Source: Nitrospinales bacterium
Lineage (GTDB): Bacteria; Nitrospinota; Nitrospinia; Nitrospinales; JAJDAT01
NCBI GenBank assembly: GCA_046757665.1
Contig: JBHHYO010000047.1
Span: 1-22,004 of the forward strand
Reading direction: 5' to 3'
DNA length: 22,004 nt
Shown here: in pieces, positions 1-8,668 of the stretch
Numbering within the stretch: position 1 is the stretch's first letter
Layout: each line of letters starts with the position of its first letter
The notes under the pieces: generated by a model
What the model saw: only the letters and a program-made list of their open reading frames with translations
Database searches by the model: none
What the model was told of the DNA's origin: nothing
Program-made: the position numbers and the translations under genes

Positions 1-927
1 GTTGCCGTGAAACGCTTGCGCGCCCACCACAAAATTATCCTTCGAGGTTGTCGTGATACTCACCTTGCATCCAAACTCGTACTTCTTATGCGCCTTGCCT
101 TTCGAGATGCATTCCACTTCCGGCGCGTGCAGGCTGTACAGCTTGCCGCGGTCCGTCCGTTTCTGTTTGAGCAGGCGATGTCCCATCTCCAACAAAGGCG
201 CGAACCGATCTTTTAACTCCACGTTCCCGGAAACCTTGCGCTCGATATCCCGCGTCACCCGGCCCAGATACGTCTTCAGTTTTCTGATTTCTCTCCGCGA
301 ACGTTTCATCTGCCGGGCATGGGCATAACGGCTTTGCATCAGCAGCGACTGTTTCGATTTGCGCGTGTACGACTGGCGAAGCTCAACATTGCAGGCTTTG
401 GCTTCGCGGACCAGATTCATTCGCATCCGGTGATACAACTTGGCGTCCGTCGGAAAACTCACCGCCTTCTCCTGCACCGTCGTGTCCACGTTCAAACGGT
501 GAAGGCTGGCGCGCTTCAAGACCCTCGTCTTCAAACCCGCGTGGACCGTCTCCGCAAGCAACGTCTCCAACCCTTCGCTCTTTAACCGGTTGCGCCACTT
601 CGTCATCAAACTCGGGTCGATCGGCAATTCATGCCGGAAATACTCCTCCCCGCAAAACAACTGCCAATAAGGGTTCTCCACCCATTGCGCAACCACCTCC
701 TCGTCGCTCAGCCCCTTCGCGTGCTTCAGGTAATGCAGGCCCACCATCAACCGCGTCGGCTTCGCAGGGCGCCCCTGGCCTTCGCAGTAGAGCTTGCCGA
801 ACGCTTGATCGAACCCGGACCAATCGATCACCTTCGACAGGCAGATCAAAGGATGGCCCTCGTCGCACAGAAAATCCAGTCGAACCAAATACAATTCTCC
901 TTGACGATCACGCGGTTTTGCCTGCAT
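1..927 (-). CDS. IS5-family DDE transposase, N-terminal 309 codons (3' end outside window)
   Basis: Manual translation: ATG at 927 with GGAGGA RBS (931-936), open to position 1. Motifs GRPAKPTRLMVGL, WVENPYWQLFCGEEYF, VDTTVQEK and KLYSLHAPEVECISKGKAHKKYEFGCKVS. Missing from the ORF track because no stop lies in the window. Confidence 0.93.
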   Translation of the reverse strand, partial: MQAKPRDRQGELYLVRLDFLCDEGHPLICLSKVIDWSGFDQAFGKLYCEGQGRPAKPTRLMVGLHYLKHAKGLSDEEVVAQWVENPYWQLFCGEEYFRHELPIDPSLMTKWRNRLKSEGLETLLAETVHAGLKTRVLKRASLHRLNVDTTVQEKAVSFPTDAKLYHRMRMNLVREAKACNVELRQSYTRKSKQSLLMQSRYAHARQMKRSRREIRKLKTYLGRVTRDIERKVSGNVELKDRFAPLLEMGHRLLKQKRTDRGKLYSLHAPEVECISKGKAHKKYEFGCKVSITTTSKDNFVVGAQAFHGN

Positions 928-1036
928 AAATCCTCCAGTTTTTGAGCGTTACGAACAACTTCCTTGCAAGTCTACAACACTCAAAATCCAGGCGCACCCT
1001 TTATCTATACGGGTTTTAGACTTTTTCAGGGACGAC
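1..1036 (-). mobile_element. IS5-family insertion sequence (IS1478-like), partial; continues beyond the left edge
   Basis: Transposase ORF 1..927 plus a terminal-IR-like sequence at 1021-1036, read on the minus strand as GTCGTCCCTGAAAAAG. The other end lies outside the window. Confidence 0.9.
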
Positions 1037-1155
1037 TATTATAGTCGGGATAATTTCTTTTTAAATGGGAAATGTGGGATTATATGAATTTTATAAATCA
1101 AGACATTTTCATTTTATAAGCGCCGCGAGGAATCGTTTCGGCCGGTCGGCAGGGG

Positions 1156-1890
1156 CTATTTTCTCCCGTATTCCAGCAGAAACAGGCCGCCCGACAGAAC
1201 GGCGTAAATCATTCCCATCTGGGTCAGAAACCGGGGAACATCCACCGGCGTGATTTCCTCGCCGTTGATCACATAGGTAAATGAGAAAAAACTTTTTTTG
1301 ATGCGGTCCGTTGGCCGGACCTGCTCATAGAGGCCAGCTTTCACGCGCTTTTTTATTTCCCCGCCCGCCGTGGTTTTGAGGATCAGGTAATGGGAAATGT
1401 TGTGGAACCACCCGGCGCGAATTTTTTTTTCAACGACGGTTCCCTCCATGGCGGTGAAAAATTTGAAAAAGAACAAGGCTCCCAGCGCCGAAACCAGAAG
1501 GACCCGATAATTGAGAAACGCGGCTCGATACTGTTCCTTCCGGGTTTTTGGAGGGGTTCCCCGGCCCATGAAAAACGAGTGAAAAAAGGGAGTAAAAATA
1601 TCATATTGAAAATAAGGATAGCCGGAATAATGCGGCCGGGTAAACTCGAAACCACCTTGAGGCTTCTGCCGATTAAAAAGAAAATCGTCGTATGCCTTTC
1701 GCTTTTTCAGATTGGATAATACCGCATAAGCTTCCGCGGCACGGCTGAAGGTCTCCCGGTCTGCCGCCGTGGAGTCGGGGCGCTTGTCGGGATGATACCG
1801 TTTGGCAAGCTGGCGGAAGGCTCGTTTGATTTCACGGAAAGTTGCCGCGGGGTCGACGCCGAGGATTTCGTAATAATTTTTGTCTTTCAT
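1156..1890 (-). CDS. J-domain (DnaJ-type) protein with C-terminal membrane segments
   Basis: NYYEILGV...IKRAFRQLAKRYHPDK...AYAVLS...RKAYD J-domain with HPD motif. Two hydrophobic stretches in the C-terminal half. No zinc finger. Confidence 0.88.
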   Translation of the reverse strand: MKDKNYYEILGVDPAATFREIKRAFRQLAKRYHPDKRPDSTAADRETFSRAAEAYAVLSNLKKRKAYDDFLFNRQKPQGGFEFTRPHYSGYPYFQYDIFTPFFHSFFMGRGTPPKTRKEQYRAAFLNYRVLLVSALGALFFFKFFTAMEGTVVEKKIRAGWFHNISHYLILKTTAGGEIKKRVKAGLYEQVRPTDRIKKSFFSFTYVINGEEITPVDVPRFLTQMGMIYAVLSGGLFLLEYGRK

Positions 1891-1920
1891 GGAATCGAAG
1901 GGCGGGCCGCCGGCAACCTG

Positions 1921-2505
1921 CTATGGGTGCGAAGGTTTTTTCAGCAGTTTCTGGGTCAGCCATGCCATGGCCAGGATGAATAGAACAGTTATCAAGATAT
2001 TGATGATCTTTAATTCTTTCAGGGACTCCAAAACCAGACCGCCCACCAGGAAACCCGCGGCGGTGTAGGTTACGGAGAAAAGGATGTTCCCGATAAAAGA
2101 ATATAAAATGTAGTGTGACGCGGGGTAGCGAATCATCCCGGCGAACGGTGGAATGAATTTTGATACGGCAAAAAGAAAACGCCCCAGAATCACCGTCACT
2201 GCCGGGCGCGACTGAAACAGTCGGCGGGTCGATTCGATGGGGCCGGTCAGTTTCCTGACAAGGGCGAACTGCATCCAGTACTGAAGTCCGGTCTTGTAGC
2301 CGAGAAAATACAGGAACAGGTCGGCAATCCATCCTCCGGCGAAGCCGCAAGCCAGAACGACATAGACGTTCAGTAAATGGTCGGCGGCGGCAAGACTGCC
2401 GAAAACCAGAAACAGGGGAATCCCGTAGTGGTCAAAATAGGTGCCCAGCAGGACCACCCAGTACCCGTAATCGCGGACCAGCCCCTCGATGGTCTCGGGT
2501 GACAT
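1921..2505 (-). CDS. DedA-family membrane protein
   Basis: YGYWVVLLG, GGWIADLFLYFLG and ILGRFL...PPFAGMIRYP DedA pattern. Start overlaps the upstream stop (TAATG). Confidence 0.85.
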   Translation of the reverse strand: MSPETIEGLVRDYGYWVVLLGTYFDHYGIPLFLVFGSLAAADHLLNVYVVLACGFAGGWIADLFLYFLGYKTGLQYWMQFALVRKLTGPIESTRRLFQSRPAVTVILGRFLFAVSKFIPPFAGMIRYPASHYILYSFIGNILFSVTYTAAGFLVGGLVLESLKELKIINILITVLFILAMAWLTQKLLKKPSHP

Positions 2506-2774
2506 TACTCACACATGTCGCAGAGCATATTCGAAAGGGCGTTCATACAACAACAACCGGCATAGGTTCCCGCTCCGGACACGGCGCTGTGCTTGAACGT
2601 CTCTTTCATGTCGGGACGTTGAAACTGGGGCGACTGCTGATAGGGAGAAGGTTGCCCCGGCTGGCGGTATTGTTGCGGCGTTTGGCTGTCCGGGTCGTTT
2701 TTCGTCGGCGTGCCGCATTGCGTGCAAAAATTGGCCTCATCCGGATTTTCCGTTCCGCAGTTTCCGCAAAACAT
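2505..2774 (-). CDS. Small zinc-ribbon protein with Q/P linker and Cys-rich C-terminus
   Basis: MFCGNCG...FCTQCG ribbon, strong AAGGAG RBS, tail AGCCCMNALSNMLCDMCE. Confidence 0.82.
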   Translation of the reverse strand: MFCGNCGTENPDEANFCTQCGTPTKNDPDSQTPQQYRQPGQPSPYQQSPQFQRPDMKETFKHSAVSGAGTYAGCCCMNALSNMLCDMCE

Positions 2775-2818
2775 AAATGATCTCCTTTTCGTTTAACGCC
2801 GGGCAGAATCGTTGCCGG

Positions 2819-3760
2819 TTAGAAATCTTTGCAGTTCAACAGAACCCGATCCCGATGCTTCTTTTTCAACACCATAAAATCAAACACTTTTTTCAACTCG
2901 TTGTCAAGGCTGTGAGTCAGAATGTTTTGCACGATGGAATATGATTCCCGCAAATTCAGGCCGGGAAGAAGCGTCAGCAGTTCTTTCCGTTCCGCTTCGA
3001 GCCGTTGTGAATATTTTTCATGAGTTTTGCCGAGCCAGTTGCGGCTTTCCGTTTCAACGAGGGGCTCGGCGCGCAGGATCAGATTGAACTGGCTGTTCTT
3101 GTAGTCTATATGGATATCCGCCATGGCGTCCAGTAAATTGATCACCTTGCCCAGTCTCTGGAAGAAGCGTTTTAACAAGCCGTGCGGCCCGTCCGCGATT
3201 TTTCCCTTGAAAGGCTGGGACATGATATAAGAAAAAATTTCCGCCCAGCGGCCGAGAAAAATATCGATGTTTTTTATCGCCTCGTCCTTTTCCAACCGGT
3301 TCAGCTCCCGCTGTTGTGACAGGACGAACGGCAGATCAATGTTGAACTTTTCATACGCCTGTATTCTCCCGGTAAAGGATTTGCGGATATGATTTTGAAA
3401 AAACCGGTTGTAACGGGTAATCCAGAAACCGGACTCGTCCAGCAAGTCGTCTTGAGATTTCACCTGGAAGGCCAGCAGGCAGAGGTAAGCGCCCAACTGC
3501 ACGGCCTCGTGGTCGGCGGGCAGGGCGGCGACCTTGACAAGCGGCGCCCCCGAACACCGGTCCTTCACCGCCTCGATGTCCCGCACCACCAGCTCGTTAT
3601 ACATCATGGCCATCAGGGTTCCCTCGTAGCCGGTTAGAAATGAATAGATGCGGGGATTGTTGCGCACCAGATGCCGGCAAATACTGCAATAATACAGCTT
3701 GTAATACTGGTAGTCCTTCATGACCAGTTCCATCTTTTCGGGTTTCAAATAACCGAGCAT
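2819..3760 (-). CDS. DUF5685-like protein with Asp-rich motifs (possible isoprenoid-synthase fold)
   Basis: N-terminus MLGYLKP...YYCSIC matches the DUF5685 pattern as I recall it. KSQDDLLDE and LLDAMADIHID motifs. Confidence 0.75.
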   Translation of the reverse strand: MLGYLKPEKMELVMKDYQYYKLYYCSICRHLVRNNPRIYSFLTGYEGTLMAMMYNELVVRDIEAVKDRCSGAPLVKVAALPADHEAVQLGAYLCLLAFQVKSQDDLLDESGFWITRYNRFFQNHIRKSFTGRIQAYEKFNIDLPFVLSQQRELNRLEKDEAIKNIDIFLGRWAEIFSYIMSQPFKGKIADGPHGLLKRFFQRLGKVINLLDAMADIHIDYKNSQFNLILRAEPLVETESRNWLGKTHEKYSQRLEAERKELLTLLPGLNLRESYSIVQNILTHSLDNELKKVFDFMVLKKKHRDRVLLNCKDF

Positions 3761-3828
3761 AGCGGCGGGGTCCCCTGTTGTGTTGTTGACCGGTTCATTG
3801 TAGTAGAATGCCGGTGGAGATTCAAAAA

Positions 3829-4953
3829 ATGCCGATCATAACTATCCTTCAGTTTGCCTTGATTGCCGGTGTGGTGGTTTACCTCACCGTGAACATGTGG
3901 CACCTGGTGAAAGTCGCCCCGTCGGCTGAGCCACTGTCGCCGCCGCCGTTTGTCTCCGTATGCGTTCCGGCGCGCAACGAGGCGCGGGGCATCGAGGCCT
4001 GTTTGACCTCGCTCCTCAAGCAGGATTATCCGCGGTTCGAGGTGATCGCCGTGGACGACAATTCGACGGATGCTACGCTGGAGATCATGCAGTCCCTGGC
4101 CGGCGCATTTGCCAATTTAAAGGTCATCCGCGGCGCGCCCCTGCCCACGGGCTGGTATGGTAAACCGTTTGCCCTGCATCAGGCATCGGCAATGGCCGGC
4201 GGCGACTATTTGCTGTTCACCGATGCCGACCCGGTTTTCCGGCCACAGGCCATCGCGTCGGCGATGCGGTACATGCAAAACAACGATCTGGATGTGTTGA
4301 CGTTGATGCCGGGAACGCAGTTGCTCACCTTTTGGGAAAAAGCCGTACAGCCGGTGATTTTTGCTTTTATCGCGGGGCTGACCCGGTTCAAAAAAGTCAA
4401 CAGCAAAGAGTATCCCAACGCCATGGGAATCGGCGCTTTTATCCTGATCAAGCGCGAGGTGTACGAAGCCATCGGCGGACACGAGCGTGTCAGGCAAAAA
4501 ATCGTCGAGGATATCGAACTGGCCAAGTGCGCCAAGCGCGGCGGGTACCGTCTGGTTATTGCCGATGGCAAGGCGATTCTCTCCATCCGCATGTATCACT
4601 CGCTTCGGGAAATTTGGACCGGCTGGCGAAAAAATATGTTTGTTGCGTTGAAAAAATCCGTTTTTTGGACGCTATACTATATAACGGTGATCCTGGGTTT
4701 CCAGGTCACCCCTTATGTCGTTCTGTCGGCTAATCTGTGGACGGGGAGTTCGGTTCCGTCGATTGCCCTGGCGTCGTTCGGGGTGATGCTGGTTTTGATC
4801 ACCGGGGCGCGGTTGTGCGGGGAATTACAAATACCGGCCCGGCTGGCACTGCTGTTTCCTCTTGGCGCGTTGGTCATGGCCGCCATCATGCTCAATTCCA
4901 TGGTGCAGTCCCTGCTCAAGGGGCAAACCGAGTGGCGGGGGCGAAAGGTCTAA
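3829..4953 (+). CDS. GT2 glycosyltransferase (CrtQ/CruC/HpnB-like lipid, carotenoid or hopanoid glycosyltransferase group)
   Basis: VSVCVPARNE, VDDNSTD, GWYGK, LFTDAD, IVEDIELA and C-terminal EWRGR. N- and C-terminal TM helices. ATG 3829 has a GGAG RBS; alternative start at 3808. Confidence 0.88.
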   Translation: MPIITILQFALIAGVVVYLTVNMWHLVKVAPSAEPLSPPPFVSVCVPARNEARGIEACLTSLLKQDYPRFEVIAVDDNSTDATLEIMQSLAGAFANLKVIRGAPLPTGWYGKPFALHQASAMAGGDYLLFTDADPVFRPQAIASAMRYMQNNDLDVLTLMPGTQLLTFWEKAVQPVIFAFIAGLTRFKKVNSKEYPNAMGIGAFILIKREVYEAIGGHERVRQKIVEDIELAKCAKRGGYRLVIADGKAILSIRMYHSLREIWTGWRKNMFVALKKSVFWTLYYITVILGFQVTPYVVLSANLWTGSSVPSIALASFGVMLVLITGARLCGELQIPARLALLFPLGALVMAAIMLNSMVQSLLKGQTEWRGRKV

Positions 4954-4969
4954 AGAAAAGGGAAAATCA

Positions 4970-5887
4970 ATGGAACGATATCCAAAGTTGTTTATTAAAG
5001 CGGGGCTGATTTACCTGTTGGTCGGCGTGGTTCTGGGTATCGGTATCGGTGTGGTTCCCGACTGGAGCGCCCGCTTGCGGTTTGTTCACATCCATCTCAA
5101 CCTGCTGGGTTTCATGGTCATGATGATCGCCGGAGTGGCCTACCATGTTCTGCCTCGCTTCAGCGCCAAACCGCTTCCCTGGCCGGAAGGTTTGAGATAC
5201 CACTTTATCTTGCAGAATATCGGCCTGGTCGGCATGGTGGTCTCCCACGCCGCCGGCGGGTTGTGGCAGACGGGCGTTTTCCATGTTCTGTTTATCCTGT
5301 TTTCGATCACCGCCGGGGCGGGGCTCGGCATTATGTGCTACAACCTCTACAGCATACTTGTTCCGACTGCGGAGTCGCCGCCGCCGACGAAAATTTCCGC
5401 CGCAATGAAAGTGTCGGAAGTGCTGGACAAGTTTCCCGCGGCACTGCCGATTTTTCTGCAAAACGGTTTTGCCGCGTTGGCCAACCCGGCGGCCAGAAAA
5501 ACTTTCGCCAGGGTTGTCAGTATCGACAAGGCTTGCCGGAAACACGGCGTTGACACCGCGCAATTTTTGCGGCAGTTGAACGCGGCGCTGTTCGGCAAAC
5601 CGCCCGCCGGCTCGCCGCAATCCACAGGTTCGCCGGAAGAGGCTCATCAAGTAGGCGATGTCATACGCAAGGGAGAATATTGCAAGCCCGGCGTCATGGT
5701 GGGCAGTCTCATTAAAATCTATCCGGAGACCAAGGCGGTTTTCGAGAGCCATTATGGCGCGGGATGCTTTTCCTGTCCCGGACAAGCCTTTGAAACCGTC
5801 GAGCAGACTGCGCAGATGCATAACGTGGATGTCAACTTGATCCTCGGGGAAATCAACATGGCGATCAAGTCGGCGCTCAAGGATTGA
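4970..5887 (+). CDS. Membrane protein with His-containing 4-TM domain fused to two DUF1858-like domains
   Basis: Likely start MERYPK at 4970. FVHIHLNLLGF helix. First repeat MKVSEVLDKFP...ACRKHGVD; second repeat VGSLIKIYPE...GCFSCPGQAFETVEQTAQMHNVD. Confidence 0.72.
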   Translation: MERYPKLFIKAGLIYLLVGVVLGIGIGVVPDWSARLRFVHIHLNLLGFMVMMIAGVAYHVLPRFSAKPLPWPEGLRYHFILQNIGLVGMVVSHAAGGLWQTGVFHVLFILFSITAGAGLGIMCYNLYSILVPTAESPPPTKISAAMKVSEVLDKFPAALPIFLQNGFAALANPAARKTFARVVSIDKACRKHGVDTAQFLRQLNAALFGKPPAGSPQSTGSPEEAHQVGDVIRKGEYCKPGVMVGSLIKIYPETKAVFESHYGAGCFSCPGQAFETVEQTAQMHNVDVNLILGEINMAIKSALKD

Positions 5888-5902
5888 GGGAGAGGGACGG
5901 CT

Positions 5903-6208
5903 TTGGCGGACGACTCATTCACAGAATTCGTTCTGGATCAGTTGCGGGCTCTGGGTGCGTTGAACTGCCGCGCCATGTTTGGTGGTCACGGGCTTTATCA
6001 TGAGGGCGTTTTTTTCGGCATGGTCTTCAAGGGCAGGCTTTATTTTAAAACCGACGCCAAAACCCGCGCCGAATATTTGAAGTGCGGCATGAAACCCTTT
6101 TGTCCCAGCCCTCGTCAAACCCTGAAAAACTATTACGAAGTTCCCATAGACGTCATCGAGGACGACGAACAACTCGCTCGCTGGGCGCAAACGGCTATGG
6201 GTGTTTGA
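5903..6208 (+). CDS. TfoX/Sxy N-terminal domain protein
   Basis: RAMFGGHGLY...LYFKTD...YYEVP...LARWA motif. TTG start. Confidence 0.85.
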   Translation: MADDSFTEFVLDQLRALGALNCRAMFGGHGLYHEGVFFGMVFKGRLYFKTDAKTRAEYLKCGMKPFCPSPRQTLKNYYEVPIDVIEDDEQLARWAQTAMGV

Positions 6209-6341
6209 TAGTCATTGACGGCAAATCACAAACAGGTTTGTATCAAGTAACTCCGGTGTTACCATAAGAGGGCTTGCACCGGCTTGCGCTGACTCCCCAT
6301 GGATATAAAATGGGGTCTGGACCACACACCGGGTTTCTTCC

Positions 6342-6665
6342 ATGAGAAAGCTCAGCAGAATCAAGAAAATTATCCTGTTAAGCGCGGTGTTTTTTACCTT
6401 GATGATCCTTGTCGCGATTTTCAGCGACAGCGGCATCCTGGCCGTTTCCGAGTTCAAGCAGGACTTGCTTGAGCTGAAAAAAGAAGACCAGGCCCTTGAA
6501 AAAGAAAACGCCAGGATACGCAGGGACATTCAGGCGCTGAAGTTTGAGCCTTACGCGATAGAAAAGGTGGCCAGAGAACATTTGAACATGGCCAAGCCGG
6601 GCGAAACCATTTACCGAATCGTCCGCAAGTCTAAAAACCCGCTTTCCGCCCCTGCGGATAAATGA
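6342..6665 (+). CDS. ftsB: Septum formation initiator FtsB/DivIC family
   Basis: One TM helix, SDSG, a coiled coil, then IEKVAREHLNMAKPGE. Confidence 0.82.
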   Translation: MRKLSRIKKIILLSAVFFTLMILVAIFSDSGILAVSEFKQDLLELKKEDQALEKENARIRRDIQALKFEPYAIEKVAREHLNMAKPGETIYRIVRKSKNPLSAPADK

Positions 6666-6959
6666 CAGCTGTTTCCCAAGCCTTCCATCCGCTCCCAAAG
6701 AAAATTCTCCGAGTTTTGCCATTGCCCCCGGGTACCATAGCCCGCTTGGCCCCGCCCATCGCGGCAAAAACCGTAAGGCCCTGTCCCATAAACGGAGAAC
6801 TCCAATTTTTTCAAATGATTTCCTGTCGGTCGGGTAAAATTATTTTCTATGCAAAAGGGTATTGAATTTTTAATTTTTAATGTTAAAGTGTAGCATCCCG
6901 TTAAGTGGTGAAGATTGAAATTAAAGGGGTTGAAATCTTCTTTCGATAAAATAAAAGAG

Positions 6960-6988
6960 TTGATTTATTGCCCCAAAATGCGTAAACT
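6960..6988 (+). promoter_or_regulatory. Putative sigma70 promoter of the HU/IHF gene
   Basis: TTGATT-17 bp-TAAACT upstream of an AGGAGG RBS. Confidence 0.45.
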
Positions 6989-7028
6989 TCTTAAATAACC
7001 AAAAAACAATAGCTTAGCAGGAGGGGAA

Positions 7029-7307
7029 ATGACAAAACAAGATATCATCAATCATGTTTCCACCGAGGCCAAACTTTCCCGCGCGAAAGCGGAAGAGGCT
7101 GTTGAAACCGTGATCAAGTTGATTAAGGAATCGCTGGGGCAAGGGGAGACGGTCATTTTACGGCGGTTCGGTTCTTTTCAAGTCAAGGAAAAGGCCAGAC
7201 GTATGGGAAGAAACCCCAAGACCGGCGAGGAAGCAGAAATTTCTGCGCGCAAGGTGGTTCGCTTTAAATCCGGAAAGTATTTCAAGCAGACCGTAAATCA
7301 GACCTGA
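7029..7307 (+). CDS. HU/IHF-family DNA-binding protein
   Basis: MTKQDII...FGSFQV...RMGRNPKTGEE...ARKVVRFK. Subfamily not resolved. Confidence 0.95.
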   Translation: MTKQDIINHVSTEAKLSRAKAEEAVETVIKLIKESLGQGETVILRRFGSFQVKEKARRMGRNPKTGEEAEISARKVVRFKSGKYFKQTVNQT

Positions 7308-7348
7308 ATCTTCCGACTAATTGATTTTATTGGATTTTTGTTTGGCGA

Positions 7349-8431
7349 TTACAAAATCAGCATGGCATCTCCATAGCTGAAAAACCGATACTTTTCATGT
7401 TTTGCGGTTTCATAGGCTTTGTCCATCAGGCGCTTGCCGGCGAAAGCGCAGACCAGAAGGTACAGGGTGGATTTTGGGAGATGAAAGTTGGTCAATAGTC
7501 GCTGAACATTTTTGAATTCATAGCCGGGGTAAATAAAGCGGTTCGTCCAGCCGGAAACATCGTTTTCCACTGGCGTGGCCAAGTTTACGGATTCAAGCGT
7601 CCGGGTGCTGGTTGTGCCGACAGCCAGGATGTCTCGACCGGTTGCTTTAGCCTCGACCAGCCGGTTCCAGGTGTTCCGGGGAATACGGTAAAATTCCTTT
7701 TCCATGGTATGGCTGTAAATGATCTCGCTTCGGACAGGTTGAAAGGTTCCGGGGCCGACATGGAGCGTAAGAAAAACCGTTTCCGCATACTTTGGGTTGA
7801 TGGTCCTCAGCATAGGGTCCGTAAAATGTAATCCGGCGGTTGGGGCGGCAATAGCTCCGGCATTTTTCGCATAAACCGTTTGATATCTCTCCCGGTCGAG
7901 TTTTTCCATGTTGGGGCTGGTATTCCTCTTGATATAGGGGGGGAGGGGAACCTGGGCCGCGTTCTCCAATGTGGTTTTCAACTCGCCGGAGCAGTGAAAA
8001 CAAAGAATTCCTCGCCCATCGCGCTTTTCCAGCAATACTGCTATTAAGTCTTCCGTTCCAAAAACCAGTTCCGACCCGGTTTTCATCCCGCCCAGACCTT
8101 TCACTAAAGCCTCCCACCGGTTTGTTTTTATTTCCCGAATCAGCAAGACTTCCACGGGTTTCCCGGTGTGTTTTTTTCGACCGACAAGTTTGGCGGGGAC
8201 AACCTTGGTGTCGTTGAACACCATTAACGGATGGTGAGCCAGGTATTGAGTCAGGTTGGTAAATAAGTCGTGTCGGATGGTGCCGGTTCTTCGGTCGATG
8301 ATCATCAGGCGAGACCGGTCGCGGGCGGCGGCAGGTTCCTGCGCGACCAGCTCGGACGGAAGGGAAAAATCAAAATCCGAGAGCTTTAAGGGGTTTTGAA
8401 TGGGGATTGGGTTTTCAGGAAGCTTGGACAT
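7349..8431 (-). CDS. queA: S-adenosylmethionine:tRNA ribosyltransferase-isomerase
   Basis: DFDFSLPSELVAQEP, PLPPYI, YQTVYA, AAPTAGLHF, LHVGPGTF, VGTTSTRTLE, TNFHLPKSTL and YRFFSYGDAMLI. Confidence 0.97.
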   Translation of the reverse strand: MSKLPENPIPIQNPLKLSDFDFSLPSELVAQEPAAARDRSRLMIIDRRTGTIRHDLFTNLTQYLAHHPLMVFNDTKVVPAKLVGRKKHTGKPVEVLLIREIKTNRWEALVKGLGGMKTGSELVFGTEDLIAVLLEKRDGRGILCFHCSGELKTTLENAAQVPLPPYIKRNTSPNMEKLDRERYQTVYAKNAGAIAAPTAGLHFTDPMLRTINPKYAETVFLTLHVGPGTFQPVRSEIIYSHTMEKEFYRIPRNTWNRLVEAKATGRDILAVGTTSTRTLESVNLATPVENDVSGWTNRFIYPGYEFKNVQRLLTNFHLPKSTLYLLVCAFAGKRLMDKAYETAKHEKYRFFSYGDAMLIL

Positions 8432-8576
8432 ACTGAAGTTATTTATTAGGTAATATATTATAACTTGTTGTTATTAATTAGTATTTTTATTTTTATTTTC
8501 TTTCCGCGTGTTGAATAGAGTAACAGAAACGGGGCGGTTGATGGAAGAAAACAATCTCCAGAAAGTGTTTTTGAGG

Positions 8577-8605
8577 TTGACCCCACAGGGGTTTTGTACT
8601 ATTCT
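8577..8605 (+). promoter_or_regulatory. Putative sigma70 promoter of the cytochrome c gene
   Basis: TTGACC-17 bp-TATTCT, with an ACCCC-aca-GGGGT dyad overlapping the -35 and spacer. Confidence 0.45.
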
Positions 8606-8668
8606 TTGGAACTTGTTTTTCGCGCATTACTTTTATAATGCTTCGCACAAGGAAACCGGGGAGAAAAA

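Noticed and set aside
7-945. Short ORFs listed in the track over 7-945
   Set aside because: Antisense or off-frame to the IS5 transposase.
4967-5821. 284-aa antisense ORF
   Set aside because: Shadow of the DUF1858 fusion gene.
8432-8510. Very AT-rich tract as a replication origin
   Set aside because: No DnaA boxes seen. It is adequately explained as a divergent promoter region.
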